Source: the human T2T-CHM13v2.0 reference genome, Homo sapiens. Taken from it: a DNA stretch of 64,000 nt. The position numbers were made by a program, and so were the translations under genes. Positions 43,171-56,885 of the stretch are shown here, piece after piece; the first letter of the stretch is position 1, and the number at the start of each line of letters is the position of its first letter. Under the pieces are notes generated by a model. The model had not been told where the DNA came from. It did no database searches and worked only from the letters and a program-made list of their open reading frames with translations. Location of the stretch: assembly GCF_009914755.1 (NCBI RefSeq), contig NC_060927.1. One strand, given 5' to 3'.

Positions 43171-44987
43171 AACATATGTGTACACACATACAAATATACA
43201 TAAGCATATATGCATGTATAATTTATAATTATAAATAATAAAACAAGAAGTCTGAATAATTTCATCAACTGCAAAATTCACTCATAAGCAGAGAAACAGA
43301 AACAAAACCTAAGATCCCATAGGTTTGTTGACATCCTTTTCCTTTTTGAACTAAGCCATGGTTTGCAAATCTCTCATAAGTACGGTGACAGTGGTGACAA
43401 AAATTGTCTATGTCTATAAAGCCCTGTGACCATGTAAAGCCTTTCTTGAACAGTGTAGGCTGGCAAGGTGGAATGACATTAAAAGTCTAAAGGTATGCTA
43501 GTAGGGAAATATGAACTTTAAAAATATGAACTAATTTACACTTTAAAGAGTCATTAATTCAACATTGTTTTGTCTTTCTATGTTACATTCATTATGTATT
43601 ATAGTCAGCAGCTGGTAGCTCCTTTTAACCGTTTGGAGACATACATATTCAAATTAATGTTGGCTAGAAAACTGTATTATTTCCAGACGAGATGGCAAAG
43701 TTGTCTTTGATTTCACTAGGGCCTCTGTTTGAAGAATTAAGATCAGAAATGTCCAGGCAGCCAATATGTCTGATGGAAATTTTTGTATAGCGATAGGCTG
43801 TTTAACCAGTGAGTTATAGGTAGGAAAAAGGTGTCCATTAGACAAACACATGAGCCTATCCATTGTATGTTTATCAAGTGCCTTCTTTGCAGACATAATA
43901 ATGTCCCAGAAAGACAGATCCTGCCTTCATGGAACTTAAGGCCTAGCAGGAAAATGGGCAGAAAAATGATCAAGATACTGAGTGCATAATTACAACAGAG
44001 ACAAATGATCTAAAGAAGTCCTTTGAGAGTGTATCAGTAAAGAAGCTGGCCTAGACTTGAGGCTGTGAGTGCGGGCAGCCTGGGATGGGCATGCTAAGAA
44101 GAAAAGGAGGAACGTTCCATACGTAGGAAAACAAAAATAAAGAAAAGGGGCATGGAGAAAAGTTCTGTGATTGAATGAGTACAGTTCATTCATGATCTAA
44201 AGGACAGCCCAAATGGACGGAACCCTGGGAAGGCAAGACAGGGGATCAGGGGGTCAGGGAGTTGGGAAATAGTGGACAATTAGACTAAAACAGTAGGCAA
44301 GCACAAACCATCCAAACTGCAAATAACACAACTCCAGAATAAGGCGTTGCATCTCATTAGTAATTTGACAATATAGAGTAGACAAGCCAACATCACTAGA
44401 TCTTGTTCACTTGTCACTTGTGTTTTATAAGACAGAATTAAGCAAGAAGATCTTAGTTTTCAGAGAAAGTCAACTCACTATTCAGCAGATAGGGAAAAGG
44501 CGTGCCTTTCTAGAAAACAATATAAAAAGAGACATACATTAAGATAAAGACTTCTCAAAAGGCCCCAGAATCTCAATGTAGGAAGAAATCATGGAGTGTG
44601 AACCCTCTTTTACATGTATGAAAGATAAAACCTAACCACACCTTAATCAAGATTACAGATTTCTATGGTCTTCATGTCTTTATATTTAGCTGCCACTTCA
44701 ATTAGAAGTCCTTCAAATATGATTAAAGGTTTACTCTGAACTTTAATATAAGAGACTTCTCTAGGGCAAGCATGTGCATGGATTGACCCAATAGCATTCA
44801 ATCAATTAATACATGCATATGCTCTCCAATAACTGTGCAGAGTTATTGTGCTTTCCTTTATTTATCAAAATGCCCTGAAGATTGCTTTATCTCCTAGCCA
44901 TAGTCGTTCTTGACATCGCTTTAAGTGTTCAGACCCCTACTGCAGTCATTTTATTTGTAATAGTGCCTTGTGTGTTGTGTCTCCTAG

Positions 44988-45239
<252 letters not shown>

Positions 45240-46639
45240 TAACTCTCCGTTTCTTTCATCTTCCCACCCTGCATCAGGAAGCTCTAGAAGATGTGGGGTG
45301 TGCTTGCCTCTCTGGAGAAATACTGTGATCGTTCTTGTCTTATGGGCTGGGTTGCCTTGGTGAATGCCAGCTTCTGCTCTTTTGAGTTTGACTCATTCCT
45401 GCCACCATTTTCTTTTTGTTCCTTGTTGGAAAGAAGCTTTTGGAGGCTCTGCTTCAGAAGTGTGAAGCCTCCCCCTTCCCTTGCTTCTTGTCCTCTGGTA
45501 CTGAATCCTCCAACTGACAAATGCACCTATCAGGTTGTTCTTTTCTTGCACCCTTCCTGCTAAGGCAACAACTTTTTGTCAGGGAAACTTCCATACTTAA
45601 TGAACTGTATCGGTGGGAATTAATTAGGATTTTGGAAGCGAAACTTTTTTCCTCTAGCATGTGAATGTTGAAAAAGTTATTTTGTACTAATCAGGTCTTC
45701 TAGAAACATATAAAATATTGGAAAAAGTTGTCAAATCCAGGTACACAGGGCCAGACACTACCATGATAACGGCATCATACTGTGGGGAAAAACATATCTA
45801 CCATACCACTGGAGAAGAGTTTTATTCTATGCAAGACAAACCTTAGGGAAGAAATCAAGGAAAAAAAACATTGGATTTAAGATGCTATTATATGGCATAT
45901 CTGCAAAACTCTAGGAGCCTTTAGTCATGCATGCAAATGTCCCCAGGTAAAATGGGCATATAGCTATCACTTTGTAAGTAACACAAGACCAGCTCAAAGG
46001 TTAAATGCTTAGAATTCCCAATTGCTAACTTTACTAACAATATGGTGGTAAGAGTAAATTTCAGATTTAAAATACTAGTTTTAAGATTTGTTTTCCAGGA
46101 ATATTTTGGCTAGTTGCATTTAGAATGAGGCAGATTCAAATATTTGTGATACTTCCTGTTGTTTAAGGCAGAAGGGATTTCAGGTTATCCATTAAGTCAT
46201 TCACGACATACTGTATTTCAGTTAGAAGCTGATCTTGGTGTCAAATGCTTAATGCCAAATAGAAGGAAGTCTCAATTTTAAGTACTCTTGAAGAAATCCT
46301 TTTTGCTCTGCAAATAAGAGAGATATCTTTAATAAAAACCAAGAAGCCAACTGGGTTTGATCCTGACAAACACTACACAAAGAACTGTGATTTTGGCCTG
46401 TCTCTATTTATGAATAGTTGAGTGAATGTCGTGAAATACTTTGAAAATATGTAGACAAAGTAACAAGGTTAATTAACAACATTGTGGGCTCCAGTTTGAC
46501 TTTGTGACAGAAGTCCTAGGACAAGTCTAAAGGAACATACTGAGAAGGGAGGAACAGAATGAATGATATAGGCTCTGTTGTGTCTCCAGAGCAAGTGGCC
46601 AATTGAGAGGAGGGCAAGTGGATGGTGACTTGCTGTGGC

Positions 46640-46850
46640 ATTCAGTGTGATGTAGGAAGAGGCTTTGGGTTGAGACATACCTGGGTTCAAATGTAAACCA
46701 CTCCATTTACCAGCCATGTGGCATTAAGAATCACTGAGCTTTTCTAAAACTCAACATAATTATGTATAAAAGAGATAATAACTATGTCATAAGTGTATCA
46801 CAAAATACTATATTGAGAAAATACTATATCAACTAAATGTCAACGTCTTT
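46640..46850 (+). mobile_element. MIR
   Basis: acctgggttcaaat...tttaccagccatgtg. Confidence 0.6.
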
Positions 46851-46991
46851 CCCTTCCTGAAGAGGCAAAAAGCTTTGCTTAGAAATAAGTTTCAGCATAA
46901 TTTATTAAGATATAGTAGCTAAAAAGATGCAGTTAAGTGTAGATTAAACACCACAGGGTAGATAAAACTCAATCCTCAAAAGAAGAATTTA

Positions 46992-47311
<320 letters not shown>

Positions 47312-47476
47312 AGAAGAATTTATATGAACATATGTGTGCATCTATTATACCTATACCTGTATTGATAAACATATATGTATATTTATAATTAGTGGCTTTT
47401 TATTATAGGTTGTCTTGTCAAATTTGCATTTCATAAAACCTTTTCTTGCAAATATTCCAATAACAGCTTTATTTTT

Positions 47477-47478
<2 letters not shown>

Positions 47479-47508
<30 letters not shown>
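47479..47508. repeat. (AC)15 microsatellite
   Basis: Direct reading. Confidence 0.95.
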
Positions 47509-47511
<3 letters not shown>

Positions 47512-48544
47512 TTAACTAGATACTGTTCAAAGTCAATAAGCAGAAAACATAATTGGAGGGCTATATTTACTGGGGAAAAAGACGAAATTAGAAGTTTTGA
47601 GTTTAGACAATTCAATACTATGCTACTTAAGAATTGTTAACTTTCAAAAAACATTACTACTGTTGCTATTTAATGATGAGGTGCAATCCTTGTTGAGGCT
47701 TTTTTGGGTATGACATTGGTTGTTAAAATGCTAACACTGACATTAATGCTAATGCTTGCATAAGGTACTCATTGAAATAGGCATTATGCGGAATGCTTTG
47801 TGTGGAATGTCCCACTTACTCCTCACAGTAGATCTATAGAATAGATATTGTTATTCTTATTTTACTGAGGAAACCTTGGCTTCCCAAGATTAAGTAACAT
47901 TATCAAAGCCACACATGTGGTTAACAGCAGAGGTTGGACTAAAGCCCAGGTCTGACTCTTCAACCCACGCTTGTTCCTCTTTGCTCCTCTGTTTCTTAGA
48001 ATATGAATGGCATGTCGAAATTCCAATGCAGGAACTATGCTTTTGGTTTCCTTATTTGGTAATATCATTTGTATATGCAGAATATAATGATGTTTGGTGG
48101 GAGATTCTTTAAACATACCGTAACGTATTATTGCTTGTTTTGTCTACAAAGACAGGAGTAACCTGAGCTCAAAGAAGGCTGCCCAGGTAGAGGCCTCATT
48201 TGATTAATTTAAAAATTGTATTCCAATGATTTCATTTGGTATCTCTTTCCTTGCAAAAGTTTCACTGGGTCTTTGTTGTTGTTCTAGTGTCTACATAGAG
48301 CCAAGGTAAACAATTCAGAAAAATAAAATAAAATAGAGTCTTTTTCTCACCACCAGCTGGAAAGATTTTTTTAAATTGCTTTAGCTCTTTGGTTATTGTG
48401 TAGACACACCCTAAAACACCATGAAAACTTAACTAGATATTGGCTAAACCATAGGAGGAGATTCATGTACCTCCAAACATTGGGGTTTCTGATGACCCAA
48501 CTCTCAAAAGTCCCAAAAAAGAATCCAAAGAGCTTATCTGCACA

Positions 48545-48772
48545 AAAGCTGTCCAACAGTACTTTCTGCAGTGACGATCATGTTTTATGTGTGTGCTGTC
48601 TAATAGAGTAAGCACTAGCACATGTGGCTATTGAACATTTGAAATATAGCTACTCAACTGAAGAAATACATTTGTTATTTTACTTAGTTTTTAATTAAGT
48701 AAACTTTATTTACATTGTATTTAAATTTAAGCACACACTTTTGACTGAGGCTACTGTATTGGACAGTGTAGC
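48545..48772. mobile_element. MER3-like hAT-Charlie element
   Basis: Inverted ends gctgtccaacagta ... tactgtattggacag; cacatgtggctattga core. Confidence 0.75.
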
Positions 48773-51292
48773 TCTAGAAATTGACAAGGATTTTATTCTA
48801 GGAAACTCAATTTGAGTCCACATTGGATATAGCTCCCAAAGTTTTAGCATTGATACTGATCTAGGACAAAGTCAACTCAAAGAAATAAAACATTTGAGAT
48901 GAGACAAACATACAAATAGTCATTTAAAATGATCTCAAAACGAGCCACTAATAGGGAAAAAGTAACATCATAGACAGCAATGACATTTGAAAAACCAGTC
49001 CGCAGCAATGCAAAAATGCATGTATATAGGAAAAGAACGATAGTGAAAAATTCAATTAATAAAAACAGATATGACTATGCTATACTAGGTAACATTATAA
49101 TATTCTGTTTAATGCCAAATATAGCTAAAATTATCTCTAATATCTTAACTTTTGTAACAGAGATAAATGACATTATTTTCTGAATTTAAGCTGACTGGTT
49201 AAAAACAAACAAAAACGTAGCTCATGCACTTGAAAAAGGAATTTGTCTCTCCAGTGGGCAAATTCTGTACAATATTTTCTGAGGGAGGGTGTCTGAGAGG
49301 AAGTAGAGTTTACACTATGAGCTACAAAGTAAATAGTGGAACAGAAATGTCCTCTTATTCATTGTTGCTCTAAACACTTAGTCTCAATGTATTTCAATCT
49401 TCAGTGTTTTCACTTTTAACAGCTCTGCTCCATCACTGCAGTTTGCCATCTGGTGCATGCATGCTTCTACTCATCCAACTCCACACTGCAGCTACATGTC
49501 TACATAAAAATGAATTTGCTTGCTGACTTAATATGGGAAGACATTTATACTACCATATTTTTTCCTCAAGAAATATAATTATCCTCTTAGTTTGCTTCCT
49601 TAGCTAACAGTCCATTGTATGAAAGAAAAACTCCATTATGTGTGGAATAAACAAAAAGTAAATCTCAAAATTTCAATTTATCTGCGCACTGCTGGCATAT
49701 TAGATATTCAGAGTTGGGCCAATGCTTGCTAGTCTCTGCACTTAGATTGAAAAATAGCAAGCTCAGAGGGCATAGGGCTGTAGCTCAGCTACTTACTAAA
49801 TTTTATTTATGCAAATAAGACTTCCATTGCTAAAAGTGTAAAAGAACCTGGCCTCGTTTGAATAGCTTTATATCTGGCCATGATGATGCCTTCTCACATT
49901 CCTGTCTAAGAAGAAGGGCACCTCAAACTGTTTCTCCCACCTGCATCCTGAATTTGGCATGTTTCCCTGTACTTTCTACAGTTCACTTGGCAGATGTATG
50001 TTCATGGCAAACTTGTAGATGCCAGATAAACAAGATGCCATGGTTGTGCTTGGGCTATGGCTTATTGATGGCCATGACGATCCTTTTCAAGTTGGATGGA
50101 TAATATTAACTAAGAGGCAGCATGGCTTTATTGGGATGGGCGGATAAGAACTGCAGCCTTCTTCACCTGGACTGGTATCAACCAGAAGATGTTCTGTAAA
50201 TTGTCTTTGGCTCTCATGCTTTCTTTAGTAAAAGATCACAGTGAAGAGAGGCCTGGCCCTAAGCTACCTTTCTCTTAAGCTACCATCCATTTTCTAAGCT
50301 AATGCCCGCAAGCCGTGCAGAGAAATACTTCAAGGACCTTAGCTAGATACAGAGAGTTTACTCTGGCAGGTCAGCAGCAACTAGAGATGGCAGGCGGGTG
50401 GACAGCGAGGGACACACCCTTTTTTTTGGATGTGGAGATGTATGACTGATGAACTCACTCTGGGATAGAGACTGGACATAGACTACCTAAAAGACTGGTT
50501 TAAGCCAATTAACACATTGTATGATGAACCACATGTTAGAAGAATAACAATTTGTACCTGAAATACAAAATAAGATATGGAATTGTATTCTGATGGTGTT
50601 TTTCTTGTGCTACCATATTTGCATCTACAATAAGGAAAATACATAAATAACAACTTGTGCTGTTCTCAACAAAATAAATTTGTTACATAAACTAGGACTG
50701 TCAATATAAGGAGGTATGTTATTTAAAAAAAAAAAAAGAAAGAAAAAGAATTCAGACTGCTGGAAAATGGATGTGGGCACCAAAACTCTACACAAATAAT
50801 GGTGCCTAGAAAATTCTAGAACACACTTCTGTGCTGTGTTAATTTGTTATGGTTCTTGTTTTGTTTTGCTTCTCCATTTGTTTGGATCCCTAACATTCTC
50901 AACATTATGTTACTTGTTTCATCCTCTTGGACTAACCACACAGGCTGGACAGCATGACTGGACTAGGGTGAGAAAAAAGGGCTGGCAAGAAGAAGAAAAT
51001 AATGCTCTGAGCAGATAGATAAATTATGTTTGGGCTGGTTCCCTCAGCTGTTCTAACTCAAGCAAGTAAAACCCAACTCCCTTAACTCAAGAGGCACCAG
51101 TACTCCCATGTTCAGAGGTACCTGAATTGAGGTGACCTGGTCTACCAAAGGATATTGAACCCACCAAAAGAGTGGGCATGATGTGTATGGTCTCTATCGC
51201 AGCCTTTTCCCAAAAGGAAAATAATAATAATAAAAAGTAATATTGTGTGCACATTTATTTTATACATACCTATATATTTACTTTTCCTGTAG

Positions 51293-51384
51293 ACTGTATA
51301 CCACCAGTAAGAAAGAGTGTACAAAAGTCTGTTACTTGGTACACTATCCCACCAACAGTATAGCTTTTGACTGCTTTCCCAAAG
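51293..51384 (+). CDS. GRM7: GRM7 alternative 92-nt cassette exon giving the mGlu7b C-terminus (coding to stop at 51361-51363)
   Basis: Acceptor tacttttcctgtag|AC, donor AAG|gtaaga. In phase 1 after the 44988-45234 exon it reads NCIPPVRKSVQKSVTWYTIPPTV*, the known mGlu7b tail including the KSVTW PP1-docking motif. Confidence 0.96.
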
Positions 51385-51446
51385 GTAAGAAAACAATCTA
51401 ATTCTTATTTATTTATGTGTTCTTGTCTCCAATGAGAATTAGAAAT

Positions 51447-51460
51447 GTTTCCATGGAAAC
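51447..51460. promoter_or_regulatory. Perfect palindromic RFX X-box-like motif GTTTCCATGGAAAC
   Basis: Exact 14-bp palindrome fitting the GTNRCC/GTTYCC-AT-GGNAAC X-box pattern, in unique sequence. Confidence 0.4.
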
Positions 51461-51462
51461 TG

Positions 51463-51468
51463 TGCATG
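51463..51468 (+). promoter_or_regulatory. RBFOX motif TGCATG downstream of the mGlu7b exon
   Basis: TGCATG 79 nt after the 7b exon end, a position typical of inclusion-promoting RBFOX sites. Confidence 0.4.
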
Positions 51469-54400
51469 ATTACCTGAAAATATATCTATAGGAAGAAATG
51501 AATTTTCAAAGATGATCGATTTGATAAGCTTAGTGCCAGCAGCTGCCATTGGTCATATGCCTGCTTAATTTTCTAAGGAACACGTTTATGAGTATATACA
51601 CATTTGTCTTCCTGAACAGCTAGCCAGTAATTGCAGAGAACTGTTGCTGGTCATTCCGACACATGCTCTACTTTAAAACTACCAGTGGTGAAAAACTATT
51701 TCTCAGTATTTCTCAATGTATGTTTTCCTACTGTGGGCTTAGAAGGCAGTGTGGAAAACCTACAAGGAGAGAAGGGGGATGCTTAGTAAATGCAGACCTA
51801 GTAAATTGTTTGTTCTAATTTATTTTTAGTAAATACATTCAAAGAAGTGTACACATTCCTAAAAAAGTATCCATTGAAATAGCAACAAATGGCCTTTCCA
51901 TCTGTAATTCAAAGTTGTCTTGGTTCCTTCTCTGCAGAAAATAAATCGGTTTACTGGCCGGGATTGATAATATGTTGATGATGATTTGTGGCTCATAGTT
52001 CTGCCTTTGAGAAACACTGAACCAACTTTAGTCATCACACAAAAGCAGAAAAAGGGTCAATGAAAGACCACAAGGGTCTAAAGATTAGTTTGAACATTGG
52101 TTATACCCAAGAAATACCAATAAATGCCAAAGGTGTTCAAATAAATAGATTAGAGAAAATGATGTATTGTGTGATGTGTGAACTGGCCACATGAGTGGGC
52201 TGGCATAAGAATAATAATGGATTCACCACAGATGCTTTTATATTGCTTTAGGCTCTCACTAAAGAAAATATACTCTGAAAGGATATTATCATCACCCTGT
52301 TTCAGCCTAAGCAATATTACACGACAGTGGAAAACAACACTTGCTATGGCAAGCATCCTCATCCACGTGGAACAGGGCATTCCAAACTATGGAAAAATAT
52401 GCAGTAGAGAACATGGAATAAGTTATTAAAGTCATGTGGTGGCTTTGAGTAAAATGTTCTCTTTTGATTTTCTCTGAACCTCCTATTGTACTCATATAAT
52501 AGAGAGACCTGTCTCTAGAGAGATTCCAAGAGAGTAAGCAGTGAGGTCATACCGCAGGAGGGGAAAAATATTGCTTAATGATGTAGACTGGCCTTTCTCT
52601 TTCCTACACTGATAACATGGGACTTTTATCAGATCACTGTTCTGGTTCTTCCCATCCTTGTTTGTGTAATAGTATTCCGAATATAAATAAAATCTTTCTC
52701 TCTCTCTCTTTTATCCATTTAGTATGGTAAAACAGCATAAGAGTACTTCCAAAGAGTAATGACATTTTCTGTTGACTTTAGATGGATGCCAGTAACTCGG
52801 TCTTTAATTTAGGGTATATTGTTCACATAGTTATTTCCTTTTTCCCTATCAACATGATCTGTCCTAGTTTTTAAATAGGCCATTCTTTCTCCCAGTGAAT
52901 ATGTAACTGTATTCCCGTGAGATTTCAAGTTTTTTTTGTAGTACAAGTGCTAGTCAAAACACTGGAGCTCAACACTTTAATAGTCTTTTTACGTGAGACT
53001 GACTGAGAATAAATAAGAAGGAATTTTCCTGGGTAAAAATGATAGATTTAATCTCAATCCATTAAAAATCCTTTTGCTCCTGTCTAAGTTGACGCCTTTG
53101 GGTTTAAAGGGAGTCAGATGAAAATATTTTAAGTCAATCTTTTGGTTAAAAAACACTTTTAGGATATACAGATTAGAAGTAAATTCAAACTTGTAGCTAG
53201 AATTGTCTTACTTCAAAGATTTTGATGAGATAAAGCAATGAGGTCACATCATGAAAGGGGAATAATTGCTTAATAATGTGGACTGGTCTGTTTCCTATGT
53301 CAATATCATAGGGCTTTTATTAGTTTATTATTCTATTTCTTCCCATCTTTATTTTCGCAATGGTATTCCAAATACAAATAATAATTATATTTGGTTCCCT
53401 TTTCTGACCAATTTAAATGTGACTTTAAACATTAATGATAAACATTTTGTAGAACTGCTTCAAAATAATTGGGGATATAAGTTGGTTTAAGTTACATTAA
53501 CTCAAGGAACACGTGATTTACTTGTTCAGGTCAGTAATGGGACTAGTAAACTTGGGAGGGCAATGAAAGAAGTCTCTTAAGGTTATGCGTTCAAATCCAT
53601 TTCTAAGTGATTGCTTTTGGGGAGACAAGACAGTAAAAAGAAAACCACAGATTCAAGAGTAAATTTTCATATTACTGTGCTATTAAAACTTAGTGTCAGG
53701 CATCATGTTCCAACAAAGCCACACTGTTTACAGCAAATCAAATATTTGCTTACAGGGATTTGAAGGAAGTAGGTTCAAATTCAGATGGAACATAACCTAA
53801 GCCTGGTTTGAAAATGCATTCTGTAACATGCCACTGTTTAAAAGCACTCTCAGGTGACAAACACTCTCAGCCAGGCATCAGCAGAATCAATACTTTCTGC
53901 ATCCTTTACATGAATATTTATAAATTTTAAAACTCTGCAAAGTGTTATCAACCTAATGACATTTATGTCGAAATGCAATTAGGTACAAAATAAAAAGCAC
54001 AATTAATCTGGCATCATCACCATGACTGGGTCAGGAAATAAGTTTTGTTAGGAGGTAAATTTTCACACCCTAGGATGGTATTTGGATGAAAAAACTTTGA
54101 GAGTATAATTAAGCCTTGCGAGAATGCCAAACACATGAATTGTATTATTGACATCCATTATTGAATGATATTATAAAAATCATATTGGTTTATTGTAATG
54201 AATGGGATTATTTGGCAATTTTAAGCTTTTTGGAACTGTGCAGTGCAAGTTTTCGTATCATGTTGGGACTCTCCCTCTTTAACATTCAATGTGTTATCTC
54301 TGCTGTAACTGGAGACCACCTCCACTTAAAATTCACTTTGAAACAGTATAAATACAGCAAAGAATATATGTTATCTGACCTTTGACACTAAATCACCTTG

Positions 54401-55966
54401 GGAATAAATGCAGCTATAAATCTTTTTGGCATATTTCTCTCTGCCTAAGAGGTCTGTGAGACACCATCATTTCTCTCGCCAAGGCTTGATATCTCAGCAT
54501 ATCTTCAAAATCCAATTAATATCTGCCGTCTTGGTTCTGCAACTGCCGTCTTAAGTTCAACTTAAAGAACTGGATGAATGTTTACATGGCTACTACTTCT
54601 CTCATTCCTTGCATAAAAGAAATGTACACATCATATCTCAAAGTCACAAAAACTATGTCAAGTTTTACATATATGCATTGCACTGCCCTATCTGGTCAAG
54701 ATTTTTTACTGAGTATCCTTAAATTGGGTCAATCAAAGAAATATTTGCCAAGCACCTCTCCTCTAGGCCATCCATGAACTGACTAGGAGTGGGGGACAGG
54801 AGGGGACAATGCCTTCAGGGAGCTCAGATCTGATGGAAGACTCAAAGGTAAGTAATAGACTCAAAGGTGACAAGGGCTCTTCCTCAAGGTATGTGCCAAG
54901 TGTCACCAAGCTACAGGTGGAGACCATCACCCGGGATGTTTTGCTTGAGTTGCTCTTAAAAGATAAAGGGCTCCAGGCAGCCATAAACGGAAAGGCACTC
55001 AAGGTAGGGGAAAGTATACACAAAGAACCTGCAGTACAAGAGAATGTGACATGTTCTGGTACTAGAAAGCAGTTACGTGAGGCTATTGGGCTTTGAAGCA
55101 TACCGTTTTAGGGAATGAAATGCAGGAAGCAGCCTGAGGGTAGAAAGACTGAGTTTCCTTCGTCTTTGTGCCTTTAAGTACAAAGGCTAGTAAGTACTAG
55201 GCTGCGAGAAAATGTGCTTGGAATGAGTAGCACACAATACTTCCCATACCAAAGGCTCCTGTTACCTAGAACTCGGTAGATGCACGGGAAACATTTATAA
55301 GTGAATATTTGTTAGCAATAATAATAAATATTATAAAAATAAAAACAATAATAAGTCTACAGCCTCAGCAGGTGAAATTATATTCTTCCAGATAAAGCCT
55401 CTAAGGTCACAAAGCCCACCCTAAAAATACAATGTATAAACGTGATGTCACAGGTTTCAAAAATATGGTGTAGTTGTAATGTACAGCTCCTGAAATGGGT
55501 GTCAGTGCCACATCTCAGCTTGTGTAATTAATTTCTTTTCTTGTGCTAAACCCATTTATAAACCAACGAAGTTTTATGCCTATTTTATTTCATGGGCCAC
55601 AGATATCTATACTTTCAAAGTGCACATGAACTTGAAAGATTCCACTGGACATGGATCCTAAGGACTTGCTTTAAATAGTTATAGATTCTAATTTGGTAAA
55701 CACAAAAACATAAGCAATCAAATTGGTGGTTTTCTGACTATTGAGTGCATTTCCTTAGAGACTGTCATTCAGGACAGATTTTGTCTTTATCATGATACCA
55801 AATATCATTTGTATTTAAAAAACACTGTGTATCCTAAACCAAGGTCAGTTAATCTCCAAAATCTTTCTTTCCCCCAATCATTGTGAATGAGCATCTTCCC
55901 AATATTCAAGAGAGGTGACCCTTGTGACTCGTTTCCATCTACTAAAGATGTATCTCAACTTTGCAG

Positions 55967-56033
55967 ATTTTTTTTTTGGCTGTACAGTGGAACTTGGATT
56001 ACACTTTAAATTAACTTTCTCTAGGAATCAAAG
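55967..56033 (+). CDS. GRM7: GRM7 minor alternative exon (mGlu7c-type tail, first part)
   Basis: Acceptor tctcaactttgcag|AT, donor AAG|gtaatc; 67 nt, open in phase 1 as NFFFGCTVELGLHFKLTFSRNQ. Splicing to 56137 adds SNL* for a 25-aa tail. Isoform name is from memory and needs checking. Confidence 0.7.
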
Positions 56034-56136
56034 GTAATCATTATTTCTCTCTATGATCTAAATGACTATTCTCATGTTTTTTTTCAAGTTGAAGATTAGT
56101 TTTCAATTCCCTTTATATCTCTGCCCTTTTTCATAG

Positions 56137-56255
56137 TAACCTCTGAGGACCTCAGCTTGCACAAAGAGGATTGAGATAACATTTCCAAAGCTTGTTCTTC
56201 TTGAGCTGACCCAACACTTAGGAAAACATGACATGGATCAGCAACTCCATTTTCT
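56137..56255 (+). CDS. GRM7: GRM7 minor alternative exon (mGlu7d-type tail ITSEDLSLHKED; also ends the 7c-type frame)
   Basis: Strong acceptor ctctgccctttttcatag|TA. Phase 1 reads ITSEDLSLHKED* (stop 56172-56174), matching my recollection of a reported mGlu7 minor tail. The 3' boundary is inferred from TCT|gtaagt at 56256. Confidence 0.78.
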
Positions 56256-56543
56256 GTAAGTGTTGGTCCAAGTATTGGTTATAACCTGGCATGTGCTATC
56301 TTTTTCTCTGGTCAAGAAAAAGAAAAACTGGACTGGGAGTCCCATCCTGGCTCTGATACTTGGGGTAGCATAAGCTTCATCACTTAATGGATCTCTGATT
56401 GTGGATAAGTTTCAATCCTCAGTTTCCTCTTTAATAAGATGGAAATAAGCTAATCTTGATGAGGTACCATGGAGGTGGCATGAGATTCTGTATATGAAAG
56501 CCCTGTTTTGAAGGGCTGACTGTGCATATGTCAGGGTACATAA

Positions 56544-56885
<342 letters not shown>

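Noticed and set aside
50931-50960. ACTAAC...cacag|GCTGG as an extra acceptor (would give SWTA*)
   Set aside because: Branch-like motif is too close to the AG, with no pyrimidine tract between them and no good donor.
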